A stretch of DNA of 64,000 bases from Atopobiaceae bacterium (GCA_022655215.1 JALCUE010000002.1:424386-488385); one strand, 5' to 3'. Shown: positions 17,518-27,510, counted from the stretch's first letter. Made by a program: numbers and translations. The notes: generated from the sequence alone by a model not told the origin.

Positions 17518-19365
17518 ATGAACGGAGTCGCAGTCATCTTGATAAGTGCGGTGGTCCTGGTAATTGGTTACCTGGGGTATGGACGCTGGCTAGCGAACAA
17601 GTGGGGCATTGACAAGGACGCCATCACGCCTGCTCGTCGCATGGAAGACGGCAAGGACTTCACGCCCGCGAGCCGCTTCACCGTGTTCTCCCACCAGTTC
17701 AGCTCGATCTGCGGCGCGGGCCCCGTCACGGGCACCATCGTCGCGATGATGTTCGGCTGGCTGCCGGTCCTGCTCTGGGTGCTCGTCGGCGGCATCTTCT
17801 TCGGCGCCGTCCATGACTTCGGCGCCCTCTACGCCTCGGTCAAGAACAACGGCAAGTCGCTCGCCCAGCTCATCGACAAGTACATCGGCCGCACCGGCCG
17901 TCGTCTGTTCCTGCTCTTCTGCTGGCTCTTCACCCTCATCGTCATCGCTGCCTTCACCTCCATGGTGGCCGGCACCTTCAAGATGACGACGGCCGACGGC
18001 GTGGTCGACATCACCAAGTCCTACGCAGGTGGTTGCGCCGGCACCATCTCGCTGCTCTTCACCCTCGTCGCCATCCTGTTCGGCTACATCACCCGCAAGT
18101 TCGACGTCAAGGGTGCCAAGGAGCTCGTCCTCGGCGTGGCCCTCATGGTCGCCATGTTCGCCGTCGGCATGCAGTTCCCGATCTACCTCGACACGAACGG
18201 CTGGATCGCCGTCGTCATGATCTATCTCGTGTTCGCCGCTGCCATGCCCATCCAGACCCTCAAGCAGCCGCGTGACTACCTCACGAGCATCATGATGATC
18301 ACCATGATCGTCTGCGCCGTCGCCGGCATCTTCGTGCTGGGCGCCAATGGCCAGGCCGAGATGACCGCCCCCATGATCGCGAGCTCCGACACCATGGCCA
18401 CGCTCGCCTCCAAGGGCAAGTACCTCTTCCCGCTCCTGTTCGTCTCCGTTGCATGCGGCGCCCTCTCCGGCTTCCACAGCCTCGTGTCCTCGGGCACCAG
18501 CTCCAAGCAGCTCTCCAATGAGACCGACGCCCTGCCCGTCGGCTACGGCGCCATGATCCTCGAGTCGTTCGTCGGCGTCATCGCCGTCGTCTGCGCCGGC
18601 ATCATGTTCAGCAAGATGAACGTGAACATGGTCGACGACGCGGGCAACGCCCTCTACACCCCGTTCAAGATCTTCTCGGCTGCCATCGCCAGCGGCATGA
18701 CGTCCTGCGGTCTCGACTCCACCATCGCCACCGTGTTCATGACCATGTGCGTCTCGGCCCTCGCGCTCACCTCGCTCGATGCCGTGGCCCGCATCGGCCG
18801 CCTCTCCTTCCAGGAGTTCTTCGCCACCTCCAACGACCCCCTGGCCGTCGAGACGGAGGAGAAGACCGGCGCGAAGAAGGTCCTCTGCAACACGTACTTC
18901 TCCACCGGCATCACGCTGGTCTGCGGTCTCGCGCTCACCTTCGGCGGCTACCTCAACATCTGGCCGCTCTTCGGCGCCTCCAACCAGCTGCTCGGCGGCA
19001 TGACCATGATCACGCTCGCCGTGTTCTGCAAGGCCACCGGTCGTAAGGGCTGGATGCTCTACGCACCTGTCGCCTTCCTCCTGGTCTGCACGTTCACCTC
19101 GCTGGTGCAGTCCGCCATGAGCTGCATCACCGCTCTCCAGGCGGGCGGCGCGGCCGTTATCGCCACCTCCGGCCTGCAGCTCTTCTTCGCGATCCTGCTC
19201 ATGATCCTGGGCGTCATCGTCGCGTACAACTGCCTGAAGGAGCTCTTCACAAAGAAGGCCGGCTCCATGCCCGACGAGGACCCCGAGTGGTCCGACATGG
19301 GACGTGCGAACGTGGCCGCCGAGGAGGCCAAGGCTGCCGGCGAGGCTGGCGCCGCCCAGGCGTAG
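17518..19365 (+). CDS. cstA: Carbon starvation protein A (peptide/pyruvate transporter family)
   Basis: The N-terminal signature is RWLANKWGID..TPA..DGKDFTP..VFSHQFSSICGAGPVTG. The protein is 615 aa and polytopic. The RBS AAGGAGGGA precedes the start. Confidence 0.92.
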   Translation: MNGVAVILISAVVLVIGYLGYGRWLANKWGIDKDAITPARRMEDGKDFTPASRFTVFSHQFSSICGAGPVTGTIVAMMFGWLPVLLWVLVGGIFFGAVHDFGALYASVKNNGKSLAQLIDKYIGRTGRRLFLLFCWLFTLIVIAAFTSMVAGTFKMTTADGVVDITKSYAGGCAGTISLLFTLVAILFGYITRKFDVKGAKELVLGVALMVAMFAVGMQFPIYLDTNGWIAVVMIYLVFAAAMPIQTLKQPRDYLTSIMMITMIVCAVAGIFVLGANGQAEMTAPMIASSDTMATLASKGKYLFPLLFVSVACGALSGFHSLVSSGTSSKQLSNETDALPVGYGAMILESFVGVIAVVCAGIMFSKMNVNMVDDAGNALYTPFKIFSAAIASGMTSCGLDSTIATVFMTMCVSALALTSLDAVARIGRLSFQEFFATSNDPLAVETEEKTGAKKVLCNTYFSTGITLVCGLALTFGGYLNIWPLFGASNQLLGGMTMITLAVFCKATGRKGWMLYAPVAFLLVCTFTSLVQSAMSCITALQAGGAAVIATSGLQLFFAILLMILGVIVAYNCLKELFTKKAGSMPDEDPEWSDMGRANVAAEEAKAAGEAGAAQA

Positions 19366-19422
19366 GTCTCTGGCCGTCTCCCTCGGACGTCCTCTCGACG
19401 ACGTCCCACATAGTGGCTCGCA

Positions 19423-19460
19423 AGGAGAGACCCTTCGCAAGAGGGGTCTCTCCTCTTATA
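19423..19460 (+). terminator. Intrinsic terminator of cstA
   Basis: AGGAGAGACCC pairs with GGGTCTCTCCT and is followed by CTTATAT. Confidence 0.65.
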
Positions 19461-19595
19461 TGAGGAGGGACGGTGCGAGGGCGTGGGGGAGTTGTGTCGG
19501 TGACGTAGGGGATGGCCGGGGCGGGGCCGTCCCGATGGAGCGGCGCCGGCGCTTCTCGGGAACCGAACCAAGACCTGAACGGTACATGCATAAAG

Positions 19596-19631
19596 GAAGG
19601 CCTGGTAGCCGTTGTGGCACACCAGGCCTTC
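19596..19631. other. 11-bp perfect stem-loop in the AT-rich cstA-adh spacer
   Basis: GAAGGCCTGGT (19596-19606) pairs with ACCAGGCCTTC (19621-19631). It is followed by TCTCTT on the plus strand and by CTTTAT on the minus strand. No gene in the spacer explains it. Confidence 0.5.
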
Positions 19632-19778
19632 TCTCTTAACATGTACATTAGAGCATGGTCATTCAGGTTTGTAAATAACATTACCTGGGACTTTCTGCGA
19701 AAGGCAGGAAAAGACGGTAAGGAGAAGCAGGTGATTGGGCGAGCGGCCTGACGGATACAATATGAGACGAATGCGAGA

Positions 19779-19799
19779 AATGAGTGAGTTCTACTCATT
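19779..19799. promoter_or_regulatory. Palindrome AATGAGT-N7-ACTCATT upstream of the alcohol dehydrogenase gene
   Basis: The arms are a perfect 7-bp inverted repeat. The site is about 100 nt upstream of ATG 19897 and about 18 nt downstream of a TACAAT -10-like hexamer (19756-19761). Confidence 0.35.
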
Positions 19800-19896
19800 C
19801 GTGCATATCAAATGGCTATCGGGGACCCAAGGCCCGTCCGAGGGTCCCTCGCACGTGAATCCGGCATGACTTGCCGGCAGTCGATTTGGAGGAACC

Positions 19897-21111
19897 ATGG
19901 GTCGTTTCACTAATCCGCGTGACCTGTACTTCGGCGAGGGTTGCCGCCACGAGATCAAGAACCTCAAGGGCAAGAAGGCCATCATCGTCTCCGGCGGCCA
20001 CAGCATGCGTGCTGGTGGCTTCCTTCAGGACGTCGAGGCCGACCTCAAGGCCGCCGGCATGGAGGTCCAGCTGTTCGAGGGCGTCGAGAGCGATCCCTCC
20101 GTCGAGACCGTCATGAAGGGCGCCGAGGCCATGCGCGCCTTCCAGCCTGACTGGATCGTCGCCATCGGCGGCGGCAGCCCCATCGACGCGGCCAAGGCCA
20201 TGTGGGTCTTCTACGAGTATCCCGACGTCAAGTTCGAGGACATCATCCAGCCGTTCAGCTTCCCCGAGCTGCGCCAGAAGGCCCACTTCTGCGCCATCAG
20301 CTCCACGTCCGGCACGGCGACCGAGGTCACGGCCTTCTCCGTCATCACCGACTACCAGAAGGGCATCAAGTACCCCCTGGCCGACTTCAACATCACGCCT
20401 GACGTCGCCATCGTCGACCCCGAGCTCACCTACTCCATGCCTACCAAGCTCTGCGCGCATACCGGCATGGACGCCCTGACCCACTGCCTCGAGGCCTACG
20501 TCTCCACCTGCGCCTCCATGTTCACCGACGCGAACGCCCTCCACGGCATCCGCGAGATCCACGAGTGGCTGCCCAAGTCCTATGAGGGCGACCATGAGGC
20601 CCGTCAGCACATGCACGAGGCGCAGTGCATCGCCGGCATCGCCTTCTCCTCGGGCCTTCTCGGCATCGTGCACTCCATGGCCCACAAGACCGGCGCCGCG
20701 TTCTCCGGCGGCCACATCATCCATGGCTGCGCCAACGCCATGTACCTGGGCAAGGTCATCCAGTTCAACTCCAAGGACCCCCGTGCGCACGAGCGTTACG
20801 CCTACGTCGCCAAGGAGATCCTGCACCTTCCCGGCAACACCGATGACGAGCTCATCGCCAGCCTCGTCGCCGAGATCCGTCGCATGAACGACTCCCTCAA
20901 CATCCCGCAGGGCATCAAGAACTACGGGCAGGGTGGCGTCAAGGCCGACACCTCCATCATCGACGAGAAGGAGTTCCTCGAGAAGCTCCCGACCGTCGCT
21001 GCCAACGCTCTCCTCGACGCCTGCACGCCCGAGAACCCGCGTCAGCCGTCCCAGGAGGACATGGAGAAGCTGCTCAAGTGCGTCTACTACGACCAGGACG
21101 TCGACTTCTAG
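19897..21111 (+). CDS. Iron-containing (group III) alcohol dehydrogenase
   Basis: AIGGGSPIDAAKAMW is the NAD-binding motif. The metal-ligand His cluster is HSMAHKTGAAFSGGHIIHG. The RBS GGAGGAA precedes the start. Confidence 0.9.
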   Translation: MGRFTNPRDLYFGEGCRHEIKNLKGKKAIIVSGGHSMRAGGFLQDVEADLKAAGMEVQLFEGVESDPSVETVMKGAEAMRAFQPDWIVAIGGGSPIDAAKAMWVFYEYPDVKFEDIIQPFSFPELRQKAHFCAISSTSGTATEVTAFSVITDYQKGIKYPLADFNITPDVAIVDPELTYSMPTKLCAHTGMDALTHCLEAYVSTCASMFTDANALHGIREIHEWLPKSYEGDHEARQHMHEAQCIAGIAFSSGLLGIVHSMAHKTGAAFSGGHIIHGCANAMYLGKVIQFNSKDPRAHERYAYVAKEILHLPGNTDDELIASLVAEIRRMNDSLNIPQGIKNYGQGGVKADTSIIDEKEFLEKLPTVAANALLDACTPENPRQPSQEDMEKLLKCVYYDQDVDF

Positions 21112-21154
21112 GTCGATCGCACCCGTCGCTCGCGCTCACATGAACGTCTGATCC

Positions 21155-21190
21155 GGAAGGGGTCGGGGCCATGGGCTTCCGGCCCCTTCC
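21155..21190. terminator. Bidirectional stem-loop between convergent adh and the membrane-protein gene
   Basis: GGAAGGGGTCGG pairs with CCGGCCCCTTCC with one G-U pair. Confidence 0.55.
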
Positions 21191-21196
21191 CCTGTG

Positions 21197-22909
21197 TCAC
21201 CGAGCCCTGATGTGCCGAGCAGGTTGGGTATGAGCCGCGACCTCATGTGAGTCGCGGGCGATCCATGGCGCCAGGAGAAGGAAGGGGACGCAATAGAAAA
21301 GCGGGACCACATAACGGATAGAGCAGATGGGACTGAGAGTCAGGGTCCCCCAGAAGACGAATGGGACAAGCCATGGGATGAGGAATGGCATCCTACGTCT
21401 GCGGGCCAGGAGCATGAACGAGGCGATGAGGACATATCCTGGGGTCGCGATGGAGACCCAGAGCGTGAGCAGGATGTTTCCGCGGAACATATGCTGGCAT
21501 CCATCATAGAGCCACTCATAGTACGCAGGGAGGAGACTGTCCTGCGTGATGACGTTCCCAGAGTCCGACCCCTCGAACTGGAAGCCGAACTCGTTCCAAG
21601 GAGTGAGGCCCGAGCGGGGGTTCTCGACTGCTGCCGATGGATAGAGGTATCCGATCCAGTCCCAGAGGAACGCCTCCGCATAGAGTCCCTCATGCCCCTT
21701 CGCGAGGTCCAACCAGAGCGAGGTGAGGCCCGCCTTGTCCTCCAGATAGGCATCCGTCCTCAGGGACGTCTTGGCGGGATCCGAAAGATATGGGAGATAA
21801 CCCTCGAGCTTATCGGTGTCGTAATAGCGCTCGACCTGTCCGACCTGCTCGTCGGTCAGCGAGTCCCTGTCGTACACCCAGACGCGGGCGATCTGCTGCG
21901 ACTGGAGATTGAGCGAGTTGTAGGGGGCGTCTGCCTGGGTGGTGAAGGCCAGACCCACCACAAGGTTGAAGGCGAGCATGAGCAGGATGGCCGTGGTGGA
22001 GCAACCCAACAGACACCTGGCGTTCTTCCGCAGGATCAACGCGGCGAGGATCATGACCACGATGACGATATAGACTCCCTGGCTTCTGAAAAGGCAGAGC
22101 CCCGTGAGCGCGAGGGCCGTCGCCACGAGGAGGCCTCGAGGGGCCCTCTCGCCCCCGAGGCCAAGGAGCCTCGTCACGAGCACGACGGAGAGGAGCAGGA
22201 AGACACCGAACATCGAGTCGGTCGCCGTCACGAAGGCGTATGTCTGCACCACTGGGTTGAGCATGGTGATCGCGGTAAGGGCGATGACGGCGGAGACGGG
22301 CGCCCCTCTCTCGATGAGGTAGCTCGAGGCATAGGCCATCGTGGATGCCAGAAGGCCAGCCTGGACGACGCAATAGAGGGTCACGCCGGCATCATATGAG
22401 CCGAGCAGCAGATTCCCGCCGCCCACGCACACGTAGAGGAGGAGGGTGTGCGCCGTCGGCCACTGCAGGCTGATGAAGCCGTAGTTCATCAGGCAGTTGA
22501 GCTGGAGGGGGCCGTCACACCCGAAGTATCCCGGATACAGCGCGAGGAATGCCGGAATCCAGGACAGCGAGATGACGAGGAGGAACGCGAGCCATCTCAT
22601 GCCGGGTCTGAGGGAACGGATGCGCTCGCTCAGCGGCCATGTCCGGGAGTGGGATCTGGCCTCGAGACGATCCAACAGGGTGAGGGCGAGAAAGCCCAAC
22701 ACCGCGACCACGACACCGATGACGGCGGCCGTGGCCCATAGCCTCACGCTCGAGAAGGCGATGTTGCCACCCTCGGAGGAGTAGAGCGCATGGCCCAGGG
22801 CGAGGGCGATGCCGGTGACCATGCCGACCAGGATGCTGATCGAGGCCTTCCTCGGGAGTGGGGTTCCGGTTCGCCCGGCCTCCGAGGTCAGGGCGGTGTC
22901 GCCACCCAT
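21197..22909 (-). CDS. Large polytopic membrane protein of unknown function (GT-C-like / DUF6020-like by eye)
   Basis: 570 aa with at least 10 predicted TM helices and the motif YPGYFGCDGPLQL after the third helix. It has a soluble C-proximal region. The RBS GAAGGAG lies inside the end of the upstream HAD gene, with a 3-nt gap. Confidence 0.55.
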   Translation of the reverse strand: MGGDTALTSEAGRTGTPLPRKASISILVGMVTGIALALGHALYSSEGGNIAFSSVRLWATAAVIGVVVAVLGFLALTLLDRLEARSHSRTWPLSERIRSLRPGMRWLAFLLVISLSWIPAFLALYPGYFGCDGPLQLNCLMNYGFISLQWPTAHTLLLYVCVGGGNLLLGSYDAGVTLYCVVQAGLLASTMAYASSYLIERGAPVSAVIALTAITMLNPVVQTYAFVTATDSMFGVFLLLSVVLVTRLLGLGGERAPRGLLVATALALTGLCLFRSQGVYIVIVVMILAALILRKNARCLLGCSTTAILLMLAFNLVVGLAFTTQADAPYNSLNLQSQQIARVWVYDRDSLTDEQVGQVERYYDTDKLEGYLPYLSDPAKTSLRTDAYLEDKAGLTSLWLDLAKGHEGLYAEAFLWDWIGYLYPSAAVENPRSGLTPWNEFGFQFEGSDSGNVITQDSLLPAYYEWLYDGCQHMFRGNILLTLWVSIATPGYVLIASFMLLARRRRMPFLIPWLVPFVFWGTLTLSPICSIRYVVPLFYCVPFLLLAPWIARDSHEVAAHTQPARHIRAR

Positions 22910-22912
22910 CCG

Positions 22913-23827
22913 CTACTCCTTCGCGGCGAGCAGGGCGCGCATGCACTGGCACCAACCGTCGGTCGAGGGCCTGCTCGACAGGTAGATGTTGTTGCGCGCG
23001 GTCAGCTCCTCGTCGGCGCTGGGGTGATCCAGGCCGTTCATCATGAAGAGGAACACGCCCACGTGGTCGGCGATCACGCAGTCGGCGGGGGAGTCCCCCG
23101 CGCCCATGACCTCGTCGGGCTCGAGGCCCGCCAGCTCCACGAACCGCACGATGCCGGTGCCCTTGGTCACGCCCACGGGCGTCACGTGGTAGGTGTGCAT
23201 CCCCACGGGGTGGTCGAGGTCGCAGTTGAGCGTCGTCGCCCCGGAGATGCGCGGCACCAGACCGTTGTCGGCGAGGTAGAGCGGCAGGCCGCACGCGTCC
23301 AGCATGTCCTGCATCTCCTCCACGGGGGCATCGCCGCGCAACGCAACCGTGACCTCGCGGTACTCGAATCCGATCCCGTTGTCGTGATAGGTCTCCACGT
23401 GACCGCGGAAGCGCTCGAGGATGTCATCGATCACACCCGTCTCGCAGATGACGTCATGCGGGGTCTTCCCGCAGGCAGGGTCATAGGGCATGTCGCCGGT
23501 GAAGTAGCTCCACTCGGGCTGGCTCGACTCACGCGTGCACACCACGCCACCCATCTCGGCGATCCAGCCGGGCATGCCCAGCACGCGCGCGTCCTCCTTG
23601 ATCATGGAGCGGTTGCGGCCCGTGCATGGGATCACCGACACGCCGGCACGCGTGAGCTCGACCAGGGTCTCCACCAGCTCGGGCGAGGGTGCGCCCGCGG
23701 AGTCCACGGTGGCCTTGGCGCCGGTGAACATGGTGCCGTCGGCATCGGAGATGACGTAGCGCACGCGACGCAGACGCTCGGCCATCTCTCCGGCGGGCTT
23801 GTCGGTGGGGAACAGCAGGTGGCTCAT
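22913..23827 (-). CDS. HAD-superfamily (IIB, Cof/sugar-phosphatase-like) hydrolase
   Basis: HAD motifs ISDADGTM (DxDxT), CTGRN and GAGDSPADCV. The start is moved to ATG 23827, preceded by AAAGGAGAC. The ORF-track extension is Arg-rich. Confidence 0.8.
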   Translation of the reverse strand: MSHLLFPTDKPAGEMAERLRRVRYVISDADGTMFTGAKATVDSAGAPSPELVETLVELTRAGVSVIPCTGRNRSMIKEDARVLGMPGWIAEMGGVVCTRESSQPEWSYFTGDMPYDPACGKTPHDVICETGVIDDILERFRGHVETYHDNGIGFEYREVTVALRGDAPVEEMQDMLDACGLPLYLADNGLVPRISGATTLNCDLDHPVGMHTYHVTPVGVTKGTGIVRFVELAGLEPDEVMGAGDSPADCVIADHVGVFLFMMNGLDHPSADEELTARNNIYLSSRPSTDGWCQCMRALLAAKE

Positions 23828-23922
23828 GGGGTCTCCTTTTGGGAGGTTCGCTGGGAAGAGGGCGGGGCCGACCGCGATGGGACGACCCCTCCGAGTGTAA
23901 GGCTTATGGGACGGGCGCGTCC

Positions 23923-25452
23923 TTACTCGGCCGCGCGCAGCGCCTTCAGCACGAGTTCCGCGTCCGTCTCGCATGGCTCGAAGGCATCGCCACGGTGCAT
24001 CAGGCGCTCGTCCCCCTTGGCGAGAAGGGCGACCACGCAGTCGCGCCCGCTCGAGCGGGCCACGTCGACCGCACGACGGACCGCCTCGGCGCGATCGGGG
24101 ACGGCCTCCGCCTCCACGCCGGCCGGCGTGTTCGACAGCATCTCGGCGCAGATGGCCGCGGCGTCCTCGTGGGCCGGGTCCTCCTCGGTATAGATGATGT
24201 GATCGCAGAAGCGCGCGGCGGTCTCGGGCAGCTGGCGACGCCTCTCCTGCGCCTTTCCGCCGGGTGCGCCGAAGACGGCGATGACCTCGCGCCCGGGGTA
24301 TTCGGCGGCGAGGGAGTCGAACAGCCGCTCGAACGACAGCACGTTGTGCGCGTAGTCAACGATGGCCACGATGCGGCCGTCGCCTGACTCCACCAGCTCC
24401 ATGCGCCCGGGGACCTTGACCACGTTGAGCGCGTCGACGATCTGCTCGTGACCCACGCCCAGCACCTCGCAGCAGGCGATGGCCGCCAGCGCGTTCTCGA
24501 CGTTGAACAGGCCGCCCATGCCCAGGATGACGTGTCCCTCCCAGCTCGGGGTGTGCGCGTCAAACGAGACGAAGCCGCAGGAGGGGGTCACGTTTTCGGC
24601 CCAGACGTCGGGTGTGCGGCCGCAGACCGCGGCAGGTCCCCCCGCCGAGAAGCACACGACGCGCTCGCACCTCTCGGCAGCGTTCAGCACCTCCTCGACG
24701 TGGTCGGTCGCCAGGTTCACGACGGCGACGCGCGACTGCTCGAAGATGCGCAGCTTGCTGGCGAAGTAGTCCTCGAAGGTCGGGTGCTCGACCGCGGAGA
24801 TGTGGTCGCGCCCGATGTTCAGGAAGACGCCTATTCCCAGGTCGACCCCACGGACGCGGTCGTACTTGAGCCCTTGGCTCGACACCTCCATGACCATGTA
24901 GCCGAGACCCGCGTCGCGCGCGTTGGCGAGGTGGCGGAACACCTCTGGTGCCTCGGGCGTGGTGTTCGTGCTCTCGAAGCGCTCGACGCCGTCGAAGGTG
25001 TCGATTGAGCCCATGATCGCGCAACGGGAGTAGGGCTCCCCGGCGTCGAGGATGGCCCGCAGCATGTAGGCCACGGTCGACTTGCCCTTCGTCCCGGTGA
25101 TGCCCACCACGTGGAGGTCATGGTCCGGGTGGTCGTAGGCCTCGGCGGCGGCCACGGCCATGGCGGGGCGCAGCTGGTCGTCGGGGGCCACGAGGGCGGG
25201 GACGTCGGGCTGCGCCGCGGCGAGCGCGTCGGCATGGGTCTCGTCGCAGAGGTATCCCACCGCGCCGGCCTCCATGGCGATGGCGAGGAAGCCGGCCCTG
25301 AAGGCAGCCCCCTTGCACACGAAGAGGTCGCCGGGCGAAACCTGGCGGGAGTCGAACGACACGCCGGTGACGGGTGTGGCGGCATCGGTGCCACGGTCGA
25401 GCATGCCCTGCCGCGTGAGCAGGTCTGTGAGTGATGCGAGCGTCGTAGTCAT
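23923..25452 (-). CDS. murE: Mur ligase, MurE-type (UDP-MurNAc-L-Ala-D-Glu : diamino-acid ligase)
   Basis: The N-terminus is VTGVSFDSRQVSPGDLFVCKGA, the P-loop is GITGTKGKST, and DYAHN is present. The position of the mDAP-specifying DNPR motif reads EEDPAH, which suggests a substrate other than mDAP (inference). The start at 25452 has TATACT 6 nt upstream and no SD sequence. Confidence 0.85.
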   Translation of the reverse strand: MTTTLASLTDLLTRQGMLDRGTDAATPVTGVSFDSRQVSPGDLFVCKGAAFRAGFLAIAMEAGAVGYLCDETHADALAAAQPDVPALVAPDDQLRPAMAVAAAEAYDHPDHDLHVVGITGTKGKSTVAYMLRAILDAGEPYSRCAIMGSIDTFDGVERFESTNTTPEAPEVFRHLANARDAGLGYMVMEVSSQGLKYDRVRGVDLGIGVFLNIGRDHISAVEHPTFEDYFASKLRIFEQSRVAVVNLATDHVEEVLNAAERCERVVCFSAGGPAAVCGRTPDVWAENVTPSCGFVSFDAHTPSWEGHVILGMGGLFNVENALAAIACCEVLGVGHEQIVDALNVVKVPGRMELVESGDGRIVAIVDYAHNVLSFERLFDSLAAEYPGREVIAVFGAPGGKAQERRRQLPETAARFCDHIIYTEEDPAHEDAAAICAEMLSNTPAGVEAEAVPDRAEAVRRAVDVARSSGRDCVVALLAKGDERLMHRGDAFEPCETDAELVLKALRAAE

Positions 25453-25550
25453 GAGGACAGTATATTGCGTCGCCGCCCCATCGGTCGGCATGAGGCGGGC
25501 GGCCCCACATCTCGTAGGGTCGCCCGCCGTCAGGTGCTCTGTCGTGGCTC

Positions 25551-27143
25551 CTACATCTGCAGGTACCTCTCGTCGATGCAGGGGCTCTCGCAGCATCCAC
25601 AGCTCATCATGCACGGCTCGCTGGAGAACTCGCCACCGGGCAGCGTCGCCGCCACGAGCGACCTCTGGTCGCCCTTGGCGAGCTCGGCCACCTTGGTCGG
25701 GTCGAGCTTGAGGGCCTTGGTGATGCGCTCGCCGTAGGCGGGGTCGGCCCAGGTGCAGTGGACGGCGTGACGGTACTTGATCGTCTCGGAGCAGGGCGCG
25801 ATGTTCCTCGCCGTGTTCCCGATGAGAAGCTCCTTGTGCTCCTCGTCCATCACGCGCCACAGGTCGCCGCCGGCGCGGAAGCAGTCGTCGGTGGGGTCGT
25901 CGCAGGGGTCGTAGGCCCACATGGCGCCATCAAGATCCAGCGGCGGCTCCATGACCTCGGGCTGGGCCGTCCAGTAACCGGCCGAGTTTGGGGTGTAGGC
26001 GGGCTCGGAACCATAGTTGCCGTCCACGCGCATCGCGCCGTCGCGGTGGTAGTCGGCCACATGGGCGTGCTTGGCCTGGTTCACCGGGATCTGGTTGTAG
26101 TTGATGCCCAGGCGATAGCGCTGTGCGTCGCCGTAGACGAACAGGCGTCCCTGCAGGAACTTGTCGGGGGAGAAGCCGATGCCCGGCACCACGTGCGCGG
26201 GGGTGAAGGCGGCCTGCTCGACCTCGGCGTAGTAGTTCTCGGGCCAGCGGTCGAGCTCGAGCTCGCCCACCTCGATGAGCGGGAACTCCGAGTGGCGCCA
26301 GATCTTGGTGATGTCGAAGGGGTTCTCGTAGTGGTTCCTAGCTTGCTCCTCCGTCATGACCTGGATGTACATCTTCCACTTGGGGAAGTCACCCTTGGCG
26401 ATGGCCTCATAGAGGTCGCGACCCGAGCTCTCGCGGTCGGAGGCGCAGATCTTGGCGGCCTCGGCGTCGGTCAGGTTCTTGATGCCCTGCTCGGTGCGGA
26501 AGTGGAACTTGACCCAGACGCGCTGGTTGTCCGCGTTGTACATGGAGTAGGTGTGCTCGCCGTAGAAGTGCATGTGGCGGAAGCCGTCGGGGATGCCGCG
26601 GTCGCTCATGACCACGGTGGTCTGGTGGAAGCACTCGGGCAGGAGCGTCCAGAAGTCCCAGTTGTTCTGCGCGCTGCGCATGCCGGTCATGGGGTCGCGC
26701 TTCACGGCGCGGTTGAGGTCGGGGAAGTTGTGGACGTCACGGATGAAGAATGTGGGGGTGTCGTTGCCCACGAGGTCCCAGTTGCCCTCCTCGGTGTAGA
26801 ACTTCACGGCCACGCCGCGGATGTCACGCTCGGCATCGGCGGCGCCGCGCTCGCCGGCCACGGTGGAGAAGCGGATGAACAGGTCGGTCTTCTTGCCCAC
26901 CTCGGAGAAGATGGCCGCCTTGGTGTACTTGGTGATGTCGTTGGTCACGGTGAGGCTGCCATAGGCGCCCCACCCCTTCGCGTGCATGCGTCGCTCGGGG
27001 ATGACCTCGCGGTCGAAGTGCGCGAGCTTCTCCAGCAGCCATACGTCCTGCATCATCACCGGACCGCGCGGACCGGCGGTGATGCTGTGCTCGTTGTCGG
27101 CCACAGGGGCTCCGACCTCGTTGGTGAGCAACTTGTCGTCCAT
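25551..27143 (-). CDS. katA: Monofunctional heme catalase (small-subunit type) with a C-terminal Cys-rich extension
   Basis: Catalase motifs include [20 protein letters not shown] and [14 protein letters not shown]. The start is ATG 27143, preceded by GAGAGGGAGG. The C-terminus ends ..[23 protein letters not shown]. Confidence 0.92.
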   Translation of the reverse strand: MDDKLLTNEVGAPVADNEHSITAGPRGPVMMQDVWLLEKLAHFDREVIPERRMHAKGWGAYGSLTVTNDITKYTKAAIFSEVGKKTDLFIRFSTVAGERGAADAERDIRGVAVKFYTEEGNWDLVGNDTPTFFIRDVHNFPDLNRAVKRDPMTGMRSAQNNWDFWTLLPECFHQTTVVMSDRGIPDGFRHMHFYGEHTYSMYNADNQRVWVKFHFRTEQGIKNLTDAEAAKICASDRESSGRDLYEAIAKGDFPKWKMYIQVMTEEQARNHYENPFDITKIWRHSEFPLIEVGELELDRWPENYYAEVEQAAFTPAHVVPGIGFSPDKFLQGRLFVYGDAQRYRLGINYNQIPVNQAKHAHVADYHRDGAMRVDGNYGSEPAYTPNSAGYWTAQPEVMEPPLDLDGAMWAYDPCDDPTDDCFRAGGDLWRVMDEEHKELLIGNTARNIAPCSETIKYRHAVHCTWADPAYGERITKALKLDPTKVAELAKGDQRSLVAATLPGGEFSSEPCMMSCGCCESPCIDERYLQM

Positions 27144-27434
27144 CGGGGGACCTCCCTCTCGCCATCGGTCTCTGCGGATGCCATGGCCCATGCCACGCGT
27201 CGCACGACGGCACATAGGTCCTACCCGCGCCGCTCGGCCAGGCATGAGGCCATTCACCTCGTTCGGCCGACGGTCCGTTTCCCTCGGCAAAATGCCTCCA
27301 CGTATGTAGCATTTATGTCGCGAGGTATGGGGCGCTTCCTGTCGAGTGGGCACGGTCGGCCTGGGAACATGGGACCGTCACGACCCCTGTGGTACACTAG
27401 CCGCTGCCGTGCGCCCATGATGGCGCAGGTACAG

Positions 27435-27510
27435 GGGCGATTGGCGCAATGGTTAGCGCAGGTGCCTTACACGCACAAGGTTGGGGGTTCGAATCCCTCA
27501 TCGCCCACCA
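27435..27510 (+). tRNA. tRNA-Val (anticodon UAC), CCA encoded
   Basis: GGGCGAT TG GCGC AATGGTTA GCGC A GGTGC CTTACAC GCACA AGGTT GGGGG TTCGAAT CCCTC ATCGCCC A CCA. Confidence 0.9.

Noticed and set aside
19669-19684. Rex-like operator (TTGTAAATAACATTAC) upstream of the alcohol dehydrogenase gene.
   Set aside because: Only the left half resembles TTGT(G/T)AA. The right half does not form the required TT(C/A)ACAA inverted repeat.
19640-19751. A small ORF (MYIRAWSFRFVNNITWDFLRKAGKDGKEKQVIGRAA) in the cstA-adh spacer, and the search for a YbdD/YjiX-like small gene that often follows cstA.
   Set aside because: There is no RBS and no resemblance to the YbdD/DUF466 family. It is part of a longer, implausible ORF (19512..19751).
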